64,000 nt of DNA from an uncultured Clostridia bacterium (GCA_947595635.1 CANQEU010000004.1:186-64185), one strand, 5' to 3'; numbered from the stretch's first letter, positions 1 to 10,246 are shown. Numbers and translations are program-made. Notes: a model not told the origin generated them from the sequence alone.

Positions 1-35
1 TGTAAGCGCGTGCGGTTTTTCAAATATTACTGCCA

Positions 36-1097
36 TTATTTCTCGCCTCCAAGCTTAATTATCTGCTGTAAAATTTCTTCCGGCGTCGGTATCATACCGC
101 CTGTTCTGCCGTAAAACTCAACAGGTCTTGAGCAGTCTATCGCAAGTCGAACATCGTCAACCATCTGACCCATTGACATCTCGACGCTTAAAAACGCCTT
201 TGCATGCTGTGCGGCCTTCTTAAGAGTATCGGTCGGGAACGGCCACAGTGTAATAGGTCTTATTAATCCTGCCTTTATTCCCTGCTGTCTTGCGCTGTCT
301 ACCGCGCTGTGGGATACTCTTGCCGAAGCGCCGTACGCAACAACGATTATATCGGCGTCGTCCGTAAGATACTCCTCAGCCATTTGCTCGTTTTTCTTTA
401 TGATTTCATATCTTTCAAATCTTTCGCGAACAAGCTTTTCGAGCGCCTGCGGCGTAAGATAAAGAGAATTAATTATATTGTGCTCCCTTTTGTTTTGGTG
501 TCCGTTTGTTGCCCAAGGCTTCTCACAGGGAGCAGACGAGCTGCCGTCGGGTATTTCAACAGGCTCCATCATCTGGCCGAGCATACCGTCCGCAAGTATC
601 ATAGCCGGCATTCTGTATTTATCACCGAGGTCAAACGCCTTTCCGACAAGATTTACCATTTCCTGAACGGTTGCAGGAGCAAAAACAAGAATTTGAAAAT
701 CGCCGTGTCCCGTTGCCTTTGTCGCCTGCCAATAATCAGCCTGAGAGGGCTGTATGCCGCCAAGTCCGGGGCCGCCTCTTTGCACGTTTATTATAAGCGC
801 CGGAACATCTGAGCCTGCCATATATGATATAGCCTCTGTTTTAAGGCTGATTCCCGGCGAGCTTGACGACGTCATTGCGCGGCAGCCTGCGCTTGCGCAG
901 CCGAGAACCATATTAGCGGCAGCAAGCTCCGATTCCGCCTGAAGATATGTGCCGCCGACCTTCGGCATTTTTTTAGACATATATGCCGCAAGCTCTGTCT
1001 GCGGTGTTATGGGATAGCCGAAGAAATGGCGGCAGCCTGCCTGAATTGCAGCCTCTGCCAAGGCTTCGTTACCCTTCATTAAAAATCTTTCTCCCAT
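36..1097 (-). CDS. vorB: 2-oxoacid:ferredoxin oxidoreductase alpha subunit (VorB/KorA-like)
   Basis: GNEALAEAAI, FFGYPITPQTE, ESELAAANM, TSSSSPGISL motifs of POR/KOR/VOR alpha subunits; follows a ferredoxin-like delta subunit. Confidence 0.85.
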   Translation of the reverse strand: MGERFLMKGNEALAEAAIQAGCRHFFGYPITPQTELAAYMSKKMPKVGGTYLQAESELAAANMVLGCASAGCRAMTSSSSPGISLKTEAISYMAGSDVPALIINVQRGGPGLGGIQPSQADYWQATKATGHGDFQILVFAPATVQEMVNLVGKAFDLGDKYRMPAMILADGMLGQMMEPVEIPDGSSSAPCEKPWATNGHQNKREHNIINSLYLTPQALEKLVRERFERYEIIKKNEQMAEEYLTDDADIIVVAYGASARVSHSAVDSARQQGIKAGLIRPITLWPFPTDTLKKAAQHAKAFLSVEMSMGQMVDDVRLAIDCSRPVEFYGRTGGMIPTPEEILQQIIKLGGEK

Positions 1098-1118
1098 TTT
1101 ATCGCATTCCTTTCTTAA

Positions 1119-1325
1119 TTATTTTTCAACCGTAATTGCAATATCGGGACACATAGTTGCGCACGCCTTGCAGCCAATGCACTCCTCCTCGTTTATGAGC
1201 GAAGCGGGATGATAGCCCTTTGCGTTTATAACGTCTGTCCTGAGAGCAATAATGTGTTTTGGGCATGCGTTTACACAAAGCTCGCAGCCCTTGCACAGAT
1301 TTTCATTTACCGTGATTTTTGCCAT
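1119..1325 (-). CDS. 2[4Fe-4S] ferredoxin-like delta subunit of the oxidoreductase
   Basis: Two CxxCxxCxxxCP motifs; directly upstream of the alpha subunit. Confidence 0.9.
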   Translation of the reverse strand: MAKITVNENLCKGCELCVNACPKHIIALRTDVINAKGYHPASLINEEECIGCKACATMCPDIAITVEK

Positions 1326-1361
1326 ATCTGAATTTCCTCCTTGAAAATAATATTAGCTTAT

Positions 1362-2024
1362 TTAAAACGGCGGCTTGACTATTCTTTGAATTTCATATAC
1401 GCTGTCAAGATCAAGCCCGTCTATAATTTTACTCTCCGCTGTGGTAAACGCAAGCGGTAAATTCAGTATTTCAGCAGTTTTTTTGGCATAGTCTAAGGAA
1501 GAATATATATCCTCCGCCGCGGTAAGCTGCTGAAGATGCGAATTATTTACCACGGCGTTAGCCCTTATCCGTGAGGCAAGCTCAATTTCACGCAGTATTT
1601 GCGCGGCGTCCTGAGGGGTGGAGGTAAGGCTTCTGAATTTATTTACAACGTAAAAAATATCCTTATCCTTATATTCGTTGATTTTGCGCGCATATCTGCC
1701 GAGAGCTACCGCACCCGCGTCGTCGCCGCCGACATCAACAACAACATACTCGTCCTTTGGCTGAAATATATCCTCCATCGCGGCAGGCAGCGAGGGATTG
1801 TCAAGATTAGTTGAAACGAATATGGGCGCGACAACCTTAATTCCCTCTTTTTCAAGCATTTCTCTGTAGTCGCCTGTTCTGAAATAAGGATTTACAACGT
1901 CAAGGTCTGCAACAGTCACTTTATTGCCGCGCCTTGCAATATCAAGCGCAATATTAAGCGAAAGATTTGTCTTGCCGCAGCCGTAATGTCCTAAAATAAT
2001 TGTGAGATGCTTAAATTCAAACAT
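1362..2024 (-). CDS. P-loop NTPase (MinD/ParA/CooC-like) linked to the oxidoreductase operon
   Basis: Walker A GHYGCGKT, DLDVVNPYFR, DVGGDDAG. Confidence 0.7.
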   Translation of the reverse strand: MFEFKHLTIILGHYGCGKTNLSLNIALDIARRGNKVTVADLDVVNPYFRTGDYREMLEKEGIKVVAPIFVSTNLDNPSLPAAMEDIFQPKDEYVVVDVGGDDAGAVALGRYARKINEYKDKDIFYVVNKFRSLTSTPQDAAQILREIELASRIRANAVVNNSHLQQLTAAEDIYSSLDYAKKTAEILNLPLAFTTAESKIIDGLDLDSVYEIQRIVKPPF

Positions 2025-2028
2025 TAAA

Positions 2029-3300
2029 TCAAACCTTTTCCAAAGCCTGTTTAAAATCTTCTATTATATCTTCTATATCCTCAATTCCAACTGAAAGCCT
2101 TATCATATTCGGGCTTATGCCGCATTCCTCAAGCTGCTCGTCCGTCATTTGTCTGTGAGTTGTGCTTGCAGGATGTAAAACGCTTGTTCTTGCGTCGGCA
2201 ACATGAATGACCATTGCCGCAAGATTTAATGATTCCATAAGCCTTGCCGCGGCTTCTCTTCCGCCCTTTACTCCGAAGGAGATAACTCCGCTGCTGCCGT
2301 TTGGCATATATTTTTGCGCAAGGCTGTAATACTCGCTGCTTTCAAGTCCCGGATAATTCACCCACTCGATTTTATCGTTGCTTTCAAGAAAACGTGCAAG
2401 TACCATAGCGTTTTCACAGTGTCGAGGCACTCTCAGATGCAGCGTTTCAAGTCCGAGATTAAGTAAAAACGCATTCATAGGTGAAGCCTGAGCGCCCAAA
2501 TCTCTCATAAGATGAGTTCTTGCCTTTACGATATACGCCTTACCTCCAAAAGCCTCGGTATAAATTACGCCGTGATAAGATTCGTCCGGCTGGGTAAGCA
2601 TTGTGTAGCCGCCCTTGTGCCAGTCAAACCTTCCGCTGTCAACAATCACTCCGCCGAGAGCTACGGCATGACCGTCCATATATTTTGAGGTGGAATGAAC
2701 CACTATATCGGCGCCGAACTCAAACGGACGGCAGTTTATCGGGGTCGGGAAGGTGTTGTCGACTATAAGGGGTACGTTATGAGCGTGCGCACAGCGGGCA
2801 TACATTTCAATATCCGTTACAACAAGAGCGGGATTTGCAAGGCTTTCCGTAAATACGGCTCTTGTATTGTCCTGAAACGCCGCCATAATTTCGTCCTCTG
2901 TGGCAGAGGGCTTCATAAATGTAAAATCAATTCCCAAATCACGCAGGGTCTTATTGAAAAGATTAAAAGTGCCGCCGTATATCGCGCTGGCGCATACAAC
3001 GTGATCCCCCGCCTTGCAGATATTCGTTATCGACATAAGAGACGCCGCCTGACCGGACGACGTGAGTATTGCGCCTACTCCGCCCTCAAGCTCGGCTATC
3101 TTCTTCTCAACCGCGTCAACGGTAGGATTTGCAAGGCGTGTGTAGAAAAAGCCCTCTTCCTCAAGGTCAAAAAGCTTTCCCATAGTTTCGGCGCTGTTGT
3201 ATTTAAATGTCGTGCTCTGCGCAATAGGCAAAACCCTCGGCTCGCCGTCCTTCGGCTCATAGCCTGCCTGAACACAGGCTGTGCTAATCCTTCTCTTCAT
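2029..3300 (-). CDS. metY: O-acetylhomoserine aminocarboxypropyltransferase/sulfhydrylase
   Basis: YTRLANPT, SSGQAA, DNTF, PLP lysine motif VHSTSKY, HPASTTHRQ, IRLSVGIE. Confidence 0.9.
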   Translation of the reverse strand: MKRRISTACVQAGYEPKDGEPRVLPIAQSTTFKYNSAETMGKLFDLEEEGFFYTRLANPTVDAVEKKIAELEGGVGAILTSSGQAASLMSITNICKAGDHVVCASAIYGGTFNLFNKTLRDLGIDFTFMKPSATEDEIMAAFQDNTRAVFTESLANPALVVTDIEMYARCAHAHNVPLIVDNTFPTPINCRPFEFGADIVVHSTSKYMDGHAVALGGVIVDSGRFDWHKGGYTMLTQPDESYHGVIYTEAFGGKAYIVKARTHLMRDLGAQASPMNAFLLNLGLETLHLRVPRHCENAMVLARFLESNDKIEWVNYPGLESSEYYSLAQKYMPNGSSGVISFGVKGGREAAARLMESLNLAAMVIHVADARTSVLHPASTTHRQMTDEQLEECGISPNMIRLSVGIEDIEDIIEDFKQALEKV

Positions 3301-3372
3301 ATGAAAACCTCTTTCCGTTTTGATTTTACTTGATTTTTTATCGGGAATACGCTCAAAACACGGCTTTATCGT

Positions 3373-3903
3373 TTACGCAAACATTCCCTTTATCGCATTC
3401 GCGACAAAATCGACCCCGGCTATTACAAGCCAAGCGACAACGATCAGCAGTATTATTGACAATATTCTGACTATCGTTCTTTTTGTCGGCGACATATTTT
3501 CAAATTCCTCCGCGTCCTTTTTTAGCTTTTCTTCAAGCTGCGGCGGTATATCCCCGACTTCCGCTTCTGCTTCCGTTTCCGATTCATCCGGCTCGGCTGC
3601 GTTTATTCCTACTAAAATTTCGTTTGCTCTTTTATAGTAAGAAAACGGAACTTCTATTCTGTAGCTTACGTTATCCATACCTGCTATTACATTAGCAAAT
3701 TTTTCTTTTTTCTCCGTTCTTGTTGCATACGGTATGTCGGAATCCTCCAAAGCGGCAGTAATTCTGTCCTTTTCAAATCCGTATGCGCTTGTTATGGTCA
3801 CTGGCTTTCTGCCGTCAACGCCATTTGTCAATTCCACTTTACATTCGGGACAGACCTTAAGGTCGTCATACAGTCTGTGACACCGGCTGCAATAATATTT
3901 CAC
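3373..3903 (-). CDS. Hypothetical membrane protein with N-terminal Zn ribbon and C-terminal TM helix
   Basis: CSRC..CPEC at N-terminus; hydrophobic segment near C-terminus; AGGAGG RBS. Confidence 0.75.
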   Translation of the reverse strand: MKYYCSRCHRLYDDLKVCPECKVELTNGVDGRKPVTITSAYGFEKDRITAALEDSDIPYATRTEKKEKFANVIAGMDNVSYRIEVPFSYYKRANEILVGINAAEPDESETEAEAEVGDIPPQLEEKLKKDAEEFENMSPTKRTIVRILSIILLIVVAWLVIAGVDFVANAIKGMFA

Positions 3904-3975
3904 GGGATACCCTCCTTAAGCTTTTATTGAACCTTTTTATTATATCAATTTTCGTGCGATAATGCAAATTAAGAA

Positions 3976-4674
3976 TTATTTTTTTATACTCCTCATCTGA
4001 GAAAAAACAATTTTCTCTACGCTGCGCCTTGTTTTAATCCCTCTTATAAGCATAACGGCGTCGACGCAAAGAATTATAAGACTGCAAACCGACAGCGCTG
4101 CCAACAGAGGTATATTATTATAAACGATGCTGAATACTATGCCGTAGGCGCAAAGCGCAAGAAGTATAAGCGATGGAACCGCGATTTGAAAAATATAATG
4201 TATAAAGCCGAGTCTTATGCCGCCGGGATTAGGCAGATAGCCGACCTCCTCGGTAAGTATTATTCCGTTTGCGGTTATATCTATGGAAGGCAGAGTGTAT
4301 CTGTTATTTGTTTTATTAAACCTGCTGTTTTTAAATTCAAAGTCTATTTCGCCCATCTCATTGGAATTCGGCTCAAAGGCTACCTTCTTTTTGATTTTAA
4401 ACGGGCATATATTTTCATACCACGCGCCCTTATCGAAAACAAGGAAGAAAAGAACGGAGGTTATTATCTCCTTTAATATAAATATTACCCAGCCGGTAAA
4501 ACGAAGCGTTGTGTTTTTCGGCAAATACTCAATATTCGCGTGACAGTTCACATTTTCTCCGCATTCAAACGAGGCGGTTCGGGAAAAACCGTCAATCGGT
4601 CTTTTTTTGCCGTCCGACTCAATTGTAAAGTAGTCCGTTTTATCTGTATTTTTTGCTGAAACACGAAGATACAT
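3976..4674 (-). CDS. Hypothetical membrane protein
   Basis: 232-aa ORF with three hydrophobic segments; no family recognised. Confidence 0.65.
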   Translation of the reverse strand: MYLRVSAKNTDKTDYFTIESDGKKRPIDGFSRTASFECGENVNCHANIEYLPKNTTLRFTGWVIFILKEIITSVLFFLVFDKGAWYENICPFKIKKKVAFEPNSNEMGEIDFEFKNSRFNKTNNRYTLPSIDITANGIILTEEVGYLPNPGGIRLGFIHYIFQIAVPSLILLALCAYGIVFSIVYNNIPLLAALSVCSLIILCVDAVMLIRGIKTRRSVEKIVFSQMRSIKK

Positions 4675-4778
4675 ATTTTCACCCCGTTATTTTTAATTAC
4701 ATCTCGATTCCGTTTATAGTTTTAAATTGCCTGTCGGCTATTTGAGAAAGGCTGAAGCAAAGCAAGAGCCGGGCTCGG

Positions 4779-5405
4779 TTATATTTCATCGTAAATATAT
4801 ACTATAGCCGAACCGCCGCTTATGCTTACCTCAGCTGCGTCTGATATTATAACATTGCTTACTCCGAGCGGATATTCAGACTTCAGCGTGTAGCTTGCAA
4901 GGGGATATTCAAAGCCCTTAAGGGACACACCGCAGCGCTTGCAGGCATAAGGAAAAACAGAAAAGGTTTTTCCCCTTTGATTTTCTATCTTGATAAGCTC
5001 ATTCTCAATAATAAAGGCTTTAAAATTCTCACAGACGATTTCGGCTGAGCATCCGTGATGCTTTAAATAAAACAAAACGCCGTAGTTAGCCTGAGTGTGA
5101 TCCTCTCTGCCGCCAACAGATGAAAGCATTACTATGTCCCGAAAGCCTCTTTTTACCGCCTCGCGCGCGGCGTACATAGTGTCTGTATCGTCCTTGTGGA
5201 CAGGCAGTATTATCGTTTCAATATCAGTATCGGGAACGCTTGATGAATCAAAGTCGCCCACAATCAAATCAACGGAAACGCCGGCGTTTTTTGCATATTC
5301 GTAACCGCCGTCGGCACATATTACAAAGTCGTCGTCGCTTATCTTATCCTTGTAAAAGCTAATGTCCGAATACGGCGCAGCCGAAATTATTATACATCTG
5401 CTCAT
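4779..5405 (-). CDS. thiN: Thiamine pyrophosphokinase
   Basis: ICADGG, VGDFDS, KDDTDT, GGREDH, LGVSN; start moved to ATG 5405 overlapping the rsgA stop, GGAG RBS. Confidence 0.9.
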   Translation of the reverse strand: MSRCIIISAAPYSDISFYKDKISDDDFVICADGGYEYAKNAGVSVDLIVGDFDSSSVPDTDIETIILPVHKDDTDTMYAAREAVKRGFRDIVMLSSVGGREDHTQANYGVLFYLKHHGCSAEIVCENFKAFIIENELIKIENQRGKTFSVFPYACKRCGVSLKGFEYPLASYTLKSEYPLGVSNVIISDAAEVSISGGSAIVYIYDEI

Positions 5406-6298
5406 TTGATTTCCCACTCCTTTATATCCTTTACCTCGTTATACATTGCGACATAGCTTAAATGCCTTGATTTTTCTATCTCGCCGTTTTTCAGCGCATC
5501 CAAAACAGCGCAGCCAAGCTCCTTTGTGTGTGAACAGGAGGTGAAGCGGCACCTGCCGAGATACGGCTGAAATTCGGTAAAGCAAGACGCTATTTCATCC
5601 TTTTTTATTATTTCATACCTCTGTAAATCCACGGTTGAAAAGCCGGGCGTATCCGCAACGTAGCCGCAGCCGCATTTGTGAAGCTGAACCTGCCTTGTTG
5701 TGTGTCTTCCTCTGCCAAGCTTTTGGCTTATATCGCCCGTTTCAAGAGAAAGCTCCGGAAACATCGCGTTTAAAAGCGTTGATTTGCCAACGCCTGAATT
5801 ACCCGTAAACGCTGTAATGCCCTGCGCAAGAATTTCGTCCTTCAGCAGCTGCGCGTCGTATTCCCTTGATGAAAAGCAAACGGTTTTTATTCCGGAATTT
5901 AAATAAATTCTATAAAGGCTGTCGGGGGCCTTTAAATCTGTTTTGCTTATAACAAGCATAGGCTCTATGCCCTTGCTGACGGCGGTTGCTATCATTTTAT
6001 CAATTATGAGCGTATTTGGCTCCGGCTGTGCTATTGAGCTTACTATTACAAGCCTGTCTATATTTGCTATTGCCGGACGAACAAGACGGTTTTTTCTGTC
6101 TGTTACTTTATCAATAACGCAGTAGCCCTCGTTTGGTATTCCTATTTCAACCTTATCACCGACGCAAGGAGCATTTCCCTTTATTCGGAATGCCCCCCTC
6201 GCCTTACATTCATATATCTTTTCGGCGGCTTCTACATAATAGAAGCCGCCGACTAATTTTGTTATAATACCTTTTTCAGTTATCACAAAATCACCCAT
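5402..6298 (-). CDS. rsgA: Ribosome small subunit-dependent GTPase
   Basis: Circularly permuted GTPase: SKTD, GNSGVGKS, GRHTT, DTPG; Zn finger CRFTSCSHTKELGC. Confidence 0.95.
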   Translation of the reverse strand: MGDFVITEKGIITKLVGGFYYVEAAEKIYECKARGAFRIKGNAPCVGDKVEIGIPNEGYCVIDKVTDRKNRLVRPAIANIDRLVIVSSIAQPEPNTLIIDKMIATAVSKGIEPMLVISKTDLKAPDSLYRIYLNSGIKTVCFSSREYDAQLLKDEILAQGITAFTGNSGVGKSTLLNAMFPELSLETGDISQKLGRGRHTTRQVQLHKCGCGYVADTPGFSTVDLQRYEIIKKDEIASCFTEFQPYLGRCRFTSCSHTKELGCAVLDALKNGEIEKSRHLSYVAMYNEVKDIKEWEIK

Positions 6299-6322
6299 GG
6301 GTCGATAAATATATAATTTTAA

Positions 6323-8431
6323 TTACCAATCATAAGAGCCTTCGTCATCTTCGCCTGAATCTGACCAGTCATAATCTGTAGATTCTTCATCATCTGTCGG
6401 CTCCTCGTCATCAGTAGACTCCTCCGGCTCGGTCAAATCGTCCGTCGGCTCTTCCGTAGGCGGTTCGGTAGGCTCAACATAATCATATTTATCAACGCTG
6501 ACTATCTTACCCTCGTTAAAGTCTATCTCGTATTCTCTGTAAAGATTGTCATCAAGAGTTATTTGAACATCAACTATGCCTTCTCCGGTTATCTTGATTG
6601 TATATGTGCTGTTATATGCCGGTATAACCGTCTGTGAATATTCATCGTTCACAACGCCGTCAACCGTAACTCTGAGGAATACAGCGTCCTCAACGTCTTC
6701 CGGAAGATCAACGTCAAGCTCGCAGGTTCTCGTTTTGTCGATGCCCTTTGCGACATAAAGCGTTATCTTTTCACCCGAAGGTATAGACACATTATAACCT
6801 GGGCTCTGCGCCAATACCGTATCCTTAGGCTTGTCAACCTTGTCGTTATATTCATAGTTGACCTCAAAGCCAAGAGCCTCAAGCGAAGCCTTTGCCTCTT
6901 CAAGATTCTGCCCTACAACATTTGGAACGGTAACGCTCTCGTCGACCCTCTCCTTGCTGACGAAAATCTTAATGGTTGAATCCACCTCGACCTCCGAGCC
7001 TGCCTTTGGAGAAGTATCCACTACCATATCGACCGAGGTTTCCTCGTCCTCAACGTAGATTACGGTTGCCTTGAGATTTTTGTCATTCATCTTTGAAAGG
7101 GCGTTGTCAGCCGAATAACCGTTTACATACGGCACGGAAACGACTGTGCTTGTGCTGTTTACAGTCAGAGTAATCGACGAGCCCTCTTTTATCTGCTTTG
7201 AGCCTGCCTCCGGCGATTGTTTTAATATAGTGCCTATCGCCTGATCCGGGTCAAAGGAATTGAGTGTTTCAAATTTAAATTTGTAGCGACCGCTGTTTAT
7301 AACCTCGTCAGAGTTCATTCCGACAAAGTTCGGTATATCAACCGAAGCGGTGTTTTGATTCTGGCACGCCTGAAATGCGCCGAGAATGCAGCAAACTATT
7401 GCCACAAGCACAAACGAGGTTATTATTCCGACTATAATAGAGCCGGCAGGCGACTTTGCCTTTTCTGCCTCGTCGGCATATTTTCCGTACTCGTCGCTGT
7501 ATGCGTCCCCGTCCGCGGCGCCTCTTGATTCGTCTATTGCGTCCCTGATTTTTATTTCCGTATTTTCAGGGGTCATATATTTATATTCAAAAACTATTGA
7601 GGGATTCTGCTTGAACAGCTCAATATCATCAAGCATTTCGTGCGCGCTGCGGTAACGCAGAGAGGGATCCTTCTGCATTGCCTTCAGCGTTATCTCCGCA
7701 AGTCCCTCCGGCACATCCGGGTTGACCTCTCTAAGCGGCTTGGGCGCCTCCTGAAGCTGCATTATCGCAACCGAGACCGCATTGTCCGCCTCAAACGGAA
7801 GTCTTCCGGCAAGCATTTCATAAAGCATTACACCAACGGAATAAATATCAGTCTTGCCGTCGGTAAGCTCGCCCTTTGCCTGCTCCGGCGCAATATAATG
7901 CACAGAGCCTATCGCCTTGTCCGTCATCGTTCTTGTTTCAACACTGCTGAAACGGGCAATGCCGAAATCCGTAACCTTTATTGTGCCGTCCTGCAAAAGC
8001 ATAATATTCTGCGGCTTAATATCACGGTGGACTATACCCTTGCTGTGCGCGTGGTCAAGAGCCTGAAGTATCTGCGTTGTGAAAAGCACTGCCTCTTTCC
8101 AGCTTATCTTATTGCCCTGTAATTCAATATACTCCTTGAGCGTTATGCCGTCGATATACTCCATTACGATGTATTGTATAACGTCGCCAAAGCTTACATC
8201 ATATACCTTTACAATATTCGGATGGTTCAGCACGGCTATTGCCTTTGATTCATTTTTAAATCTGCGTATAAATTCATCGTTAGCCGAGAACTCATCCTTT
8301 AATATTTTTATCGCAACGGTTCTGTCATCAATAGTATCATAAGCGCGATAGACCATTGCCATTCCGCCGGTTCCTATAAGCTCGTGTATTTCATACCTTC
8401 CGTCGAGCTTTTTGCCAGAATACTTATCCAT
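6323..8431 (-). CDS. pknB: PASTA-domain Ser/Thr kinase (PrkC/Stk1)
   Basis: IGTGGMAMVY, HRDIKPQN, DFG, APE; TM helix; about three PASTA repeats; acidic tail. Confidence 0.95.
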   Translation of the reverse strand: MDKYSGKKLDGRYEIHELIGTGGMAMVYRAYDTIDDRTVAIKILKDEFSANDEFIRRFKNESKAIAVLNHPNIVKVYDVSFGDVIQYIVMEYIDGITLKEYIELQGNKISWKEAVLFTTQILQALDHAHSKGIVHRDIKPQNIMLLQDGTIKVTDFGIARFSSVETRTMTDKAIGSVHYIAPEQAKGELTDGKTDIYSVGVMLYEMLAGRLPFEADNAVSVAIMQLQEAPKPLREVNPDVPEGLAEITLKAMQKDPSLRYRSAHEMLDDIELFKQNPSIVFEYKYMTPENTEIKIRDAIDESRGAADGDAYSDEYGKYADEAEKAKSPAGSIIVGIITSFVLVAIVCCILGAFQACQNQNTASVDIPNFVGMNSDEVINSGRYKFKFETLNSFDPDQAIGTILKQSPEAGSKQIKEGSSITLTVNSTSTVVSVPYVNGYSADNALSKMNDKNLKATVIYVEDEETSVDMVVDTSPKAGSEVEVDSTIKIFVSKERVDESVTVPNVVGQNLEEAKASLEALGFEVNYEYNDKVDKPKDTVLAQSPGYNVSIPSGEKITLYVAKGIDKTRTCELDVDLPEDVEDAVFLRVTVDGVVNDEYSQTVIPAYNSTYTIKITGEGIVDVQITLDDNLYREYEIDFNEGKIVSVDKYDYVEPTEPPTEEPTDDLTEPEESTDDEEPTDDEESTDYDWSDSGEDDEGSYDW

Positions 8432-8434
8432 TGG

Positions 8435-9184
8435 TTAATCCACTCCCAAATCTTCTGAATTTGTTATTACCGCAACGGTAATGTTGTCACTTCCGCCTAA
8501 TTCCTTTGCCTTATCCACAAGAGTCTGCGTGTAATTTTCACCGTAGTGATTTCTTGATAGCTTAACAAACTCCGCCGGTTCAATATAATTTGAAAGTCCG
8601 TCGGTGCAGATAACGACATAATCATTATCCTTGAACTGACCCTCGATGTAATCAAGGTGTATTTCAGGCGCTATGCCCAAAGCTCTTGTAATTATGTTTT
8701 TGTTTGGGTGAGCCATTGCCTGCTCGGCTGTTATCTCTCCCTTTGCGACCATTTCCTGCACTACGGAATGGTCTATCGTAAGCTGCTTTATCCTTCTTCC
8801 CCTTATGCTATACACTCTGCTGTCCCCGACGTGGACAATATGTATCTTGCCGTCCTTTACAAGAACAAGCTCAACTGTAGTGCCCATTCCCCGAAGCTCT
8901 GAATCGCTTTTTTGAATTTTATACAGCTTGCTGTTTGCCCTTTGAACAACATCGGTGAGAAGGTCTATTATATCGTCGTCGGTCAAATTATCCCTGTAGC
9001 CCTTTTTAAGTCTTTTTGATATTTCCTTTACGGCAACAGAGCTTGCAACATTTCCGCCGTTTGCGCCGCCCATTCCGTCACACACAACAGCCCACGCGGC
9101 ATTCTCCGAAAAAACTCCGCCCGTGCAGGCGTCCTGATTAGTTGACCTTATCAAGCCGATATCGCTTTTTAAAAATACCTCCAA
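8435..9184 (-). CDS. stp1: PP2C-family Ser/Thr phosphatase (PrpC/Stp1)
   Basis: NQDA, VCDGMGGANGG, HVGDSR, CTDGL, GGSDNIT; adjacent to the kinase. Confidence 0.93.
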   Translation of the reverse strand: MEVFLKSDIGLIRSTNQDACTGGVFSENAAWAVVCDGMGGANGGNVASSVAVKEISKRLKKGYRDNLTDDDIIDLLTDVVQRANSKLYKIQKSDSELRGMGTTVELVLVKDGKIHIVHVGDSRVYSIRGRRIKQLTIDHSVVQEMVAKGEITAEQAMAHPNKNIITRALGIAPEIHLDYIEGQFKDNDYVVICTDGLSNYIEPAEFVKLSRNHYGENYTQTLVDKAKELGGSDNITVAVITNSEDLGVD

Positions 9185-9208
9185 GCTGTTGCCTCCTTTA
9201 GCCGGTTT

Positions 9209-10246
9209 TTAGCCCACGGAATATTTGCCTCTAAGCTGACCGCACGAAGCGTTTATGTCGGCTCCGAGCGTTCTGCGTATTGTTGCGTTGACGCCGTGGG
9301 AATTAAGGTAATCGCAAAAATTATCAAGATTCTTTTTGCTGCTTTTTTTATATCCCGTTTTATTTACCTCGTTTACGGGAATAAGATTAACATGACAAAG
9401 CATACCCTTTAGCCTTGACGTAAGCTCGCGCGCGCAGGAAAGCGAATCGTTCACCCCGTCTATCATCGCGTATTCAAAGGTTATCCTTCTGCCGGTTATC
9501 TCGCTGTAATATTTGCAGGCGTCGATAAGCTCCTCAACGCCGTACCGCCTGTTTACAGGCATAGTCTTGCTTCTTATCTCATCGTTTGGCGCATGAAGGG
9601 AAATTGATAATGTTATTTGAAGTCTAAGCTCCGCTAAGCGTCTGATTTTATCAACAAGTCCGCAGCTTGACAATGTTATATGGCGCATACCTATATTCAT
9701 TCCGCTGCTGTCGGACACAAGACGCAAAAAGCTTATCACATTGTCATAATTATCAAGCGGCTCGCCCATTCCCATAAGCACAACGTTTGAGATTCGCAAT
9801 TTCATATCCTTTTCCATTGCCTGAAGCTGAGAAATCATTTCCCCTGCCGTAAGGTCACGTCGAAATCCGCCCTGACCGGTCGCACAAAAGGTGCAGCCCA
9901 TTTTACAGCCGGCTTGTGTTGATATGCAGGCAGAGTATCCGTGATGATAGCTCATAAGCACAGCCTCGACACATTCGCCGTCATTGAACGAAAAAAGATA
10001 CTTTACTGTACTATCATAACAAGAAATCAACTTTTTTTCAATACTTGAATGCGATATGTAATAAATTTGTTTTAATTTTTCACGCAAATTCCTCGGTATA
10101 TTGAGCATTTCATCAAATTCAAGCACATTTTTTTGATGAAGCCACAAAAAAATCTGCTTTGCTCTGTATTTTGGCTCGTCAATTTTATTAAGCTCGCGCT
10201 CAAGCATTTCAATGCTTAAAGATTTTATGTCCTCCAATTTATTCAC
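9209..10246 (-). CDS. rlmN: 23S rRNA m2A2503 radical SAM methyltransferase
   Basis: CISTQAGCKMGCTFC (CxxxCxxC), MGMGEP, ADINASCGQL. Confidence 0.95.
   Translation of the reverse strand: MNKLEDIKSLSIEMLERELNKIDEPKYRAKQIFLWLHQKNVLEFDEMLNIPRNLREKLKQIYYISHSSIEKKLISCYDSTVKYLFSFNDGECVEAVLMSYHHGYSACISTQAGCKMGCTFCATGQGGFRRDLTAGEMISQLQAMEKDMKLRISNVVLMGMGEPLDNYDNVISFLRLVSDSSGMNIGMRHITLSSCGLVDKIRRLAELRLQITLSISLHAPNDEIRSKTMPVNRRYGVEELIDACKYYSEITGRRITFEYAMIDGVNDSLSCARELTSRLKGMLCHVNLIPVNEVNKTGYKKSSKKNLDNFCDYLNSHGVNATIRRTLGADINASCGQLRGKYSVG

Noticed and set aside
3300-3372. SAM riboswitch or T-box upstream of metY
   Set aside because: The gap to the upstream gene is only 72 bp and no signature motifs are visible
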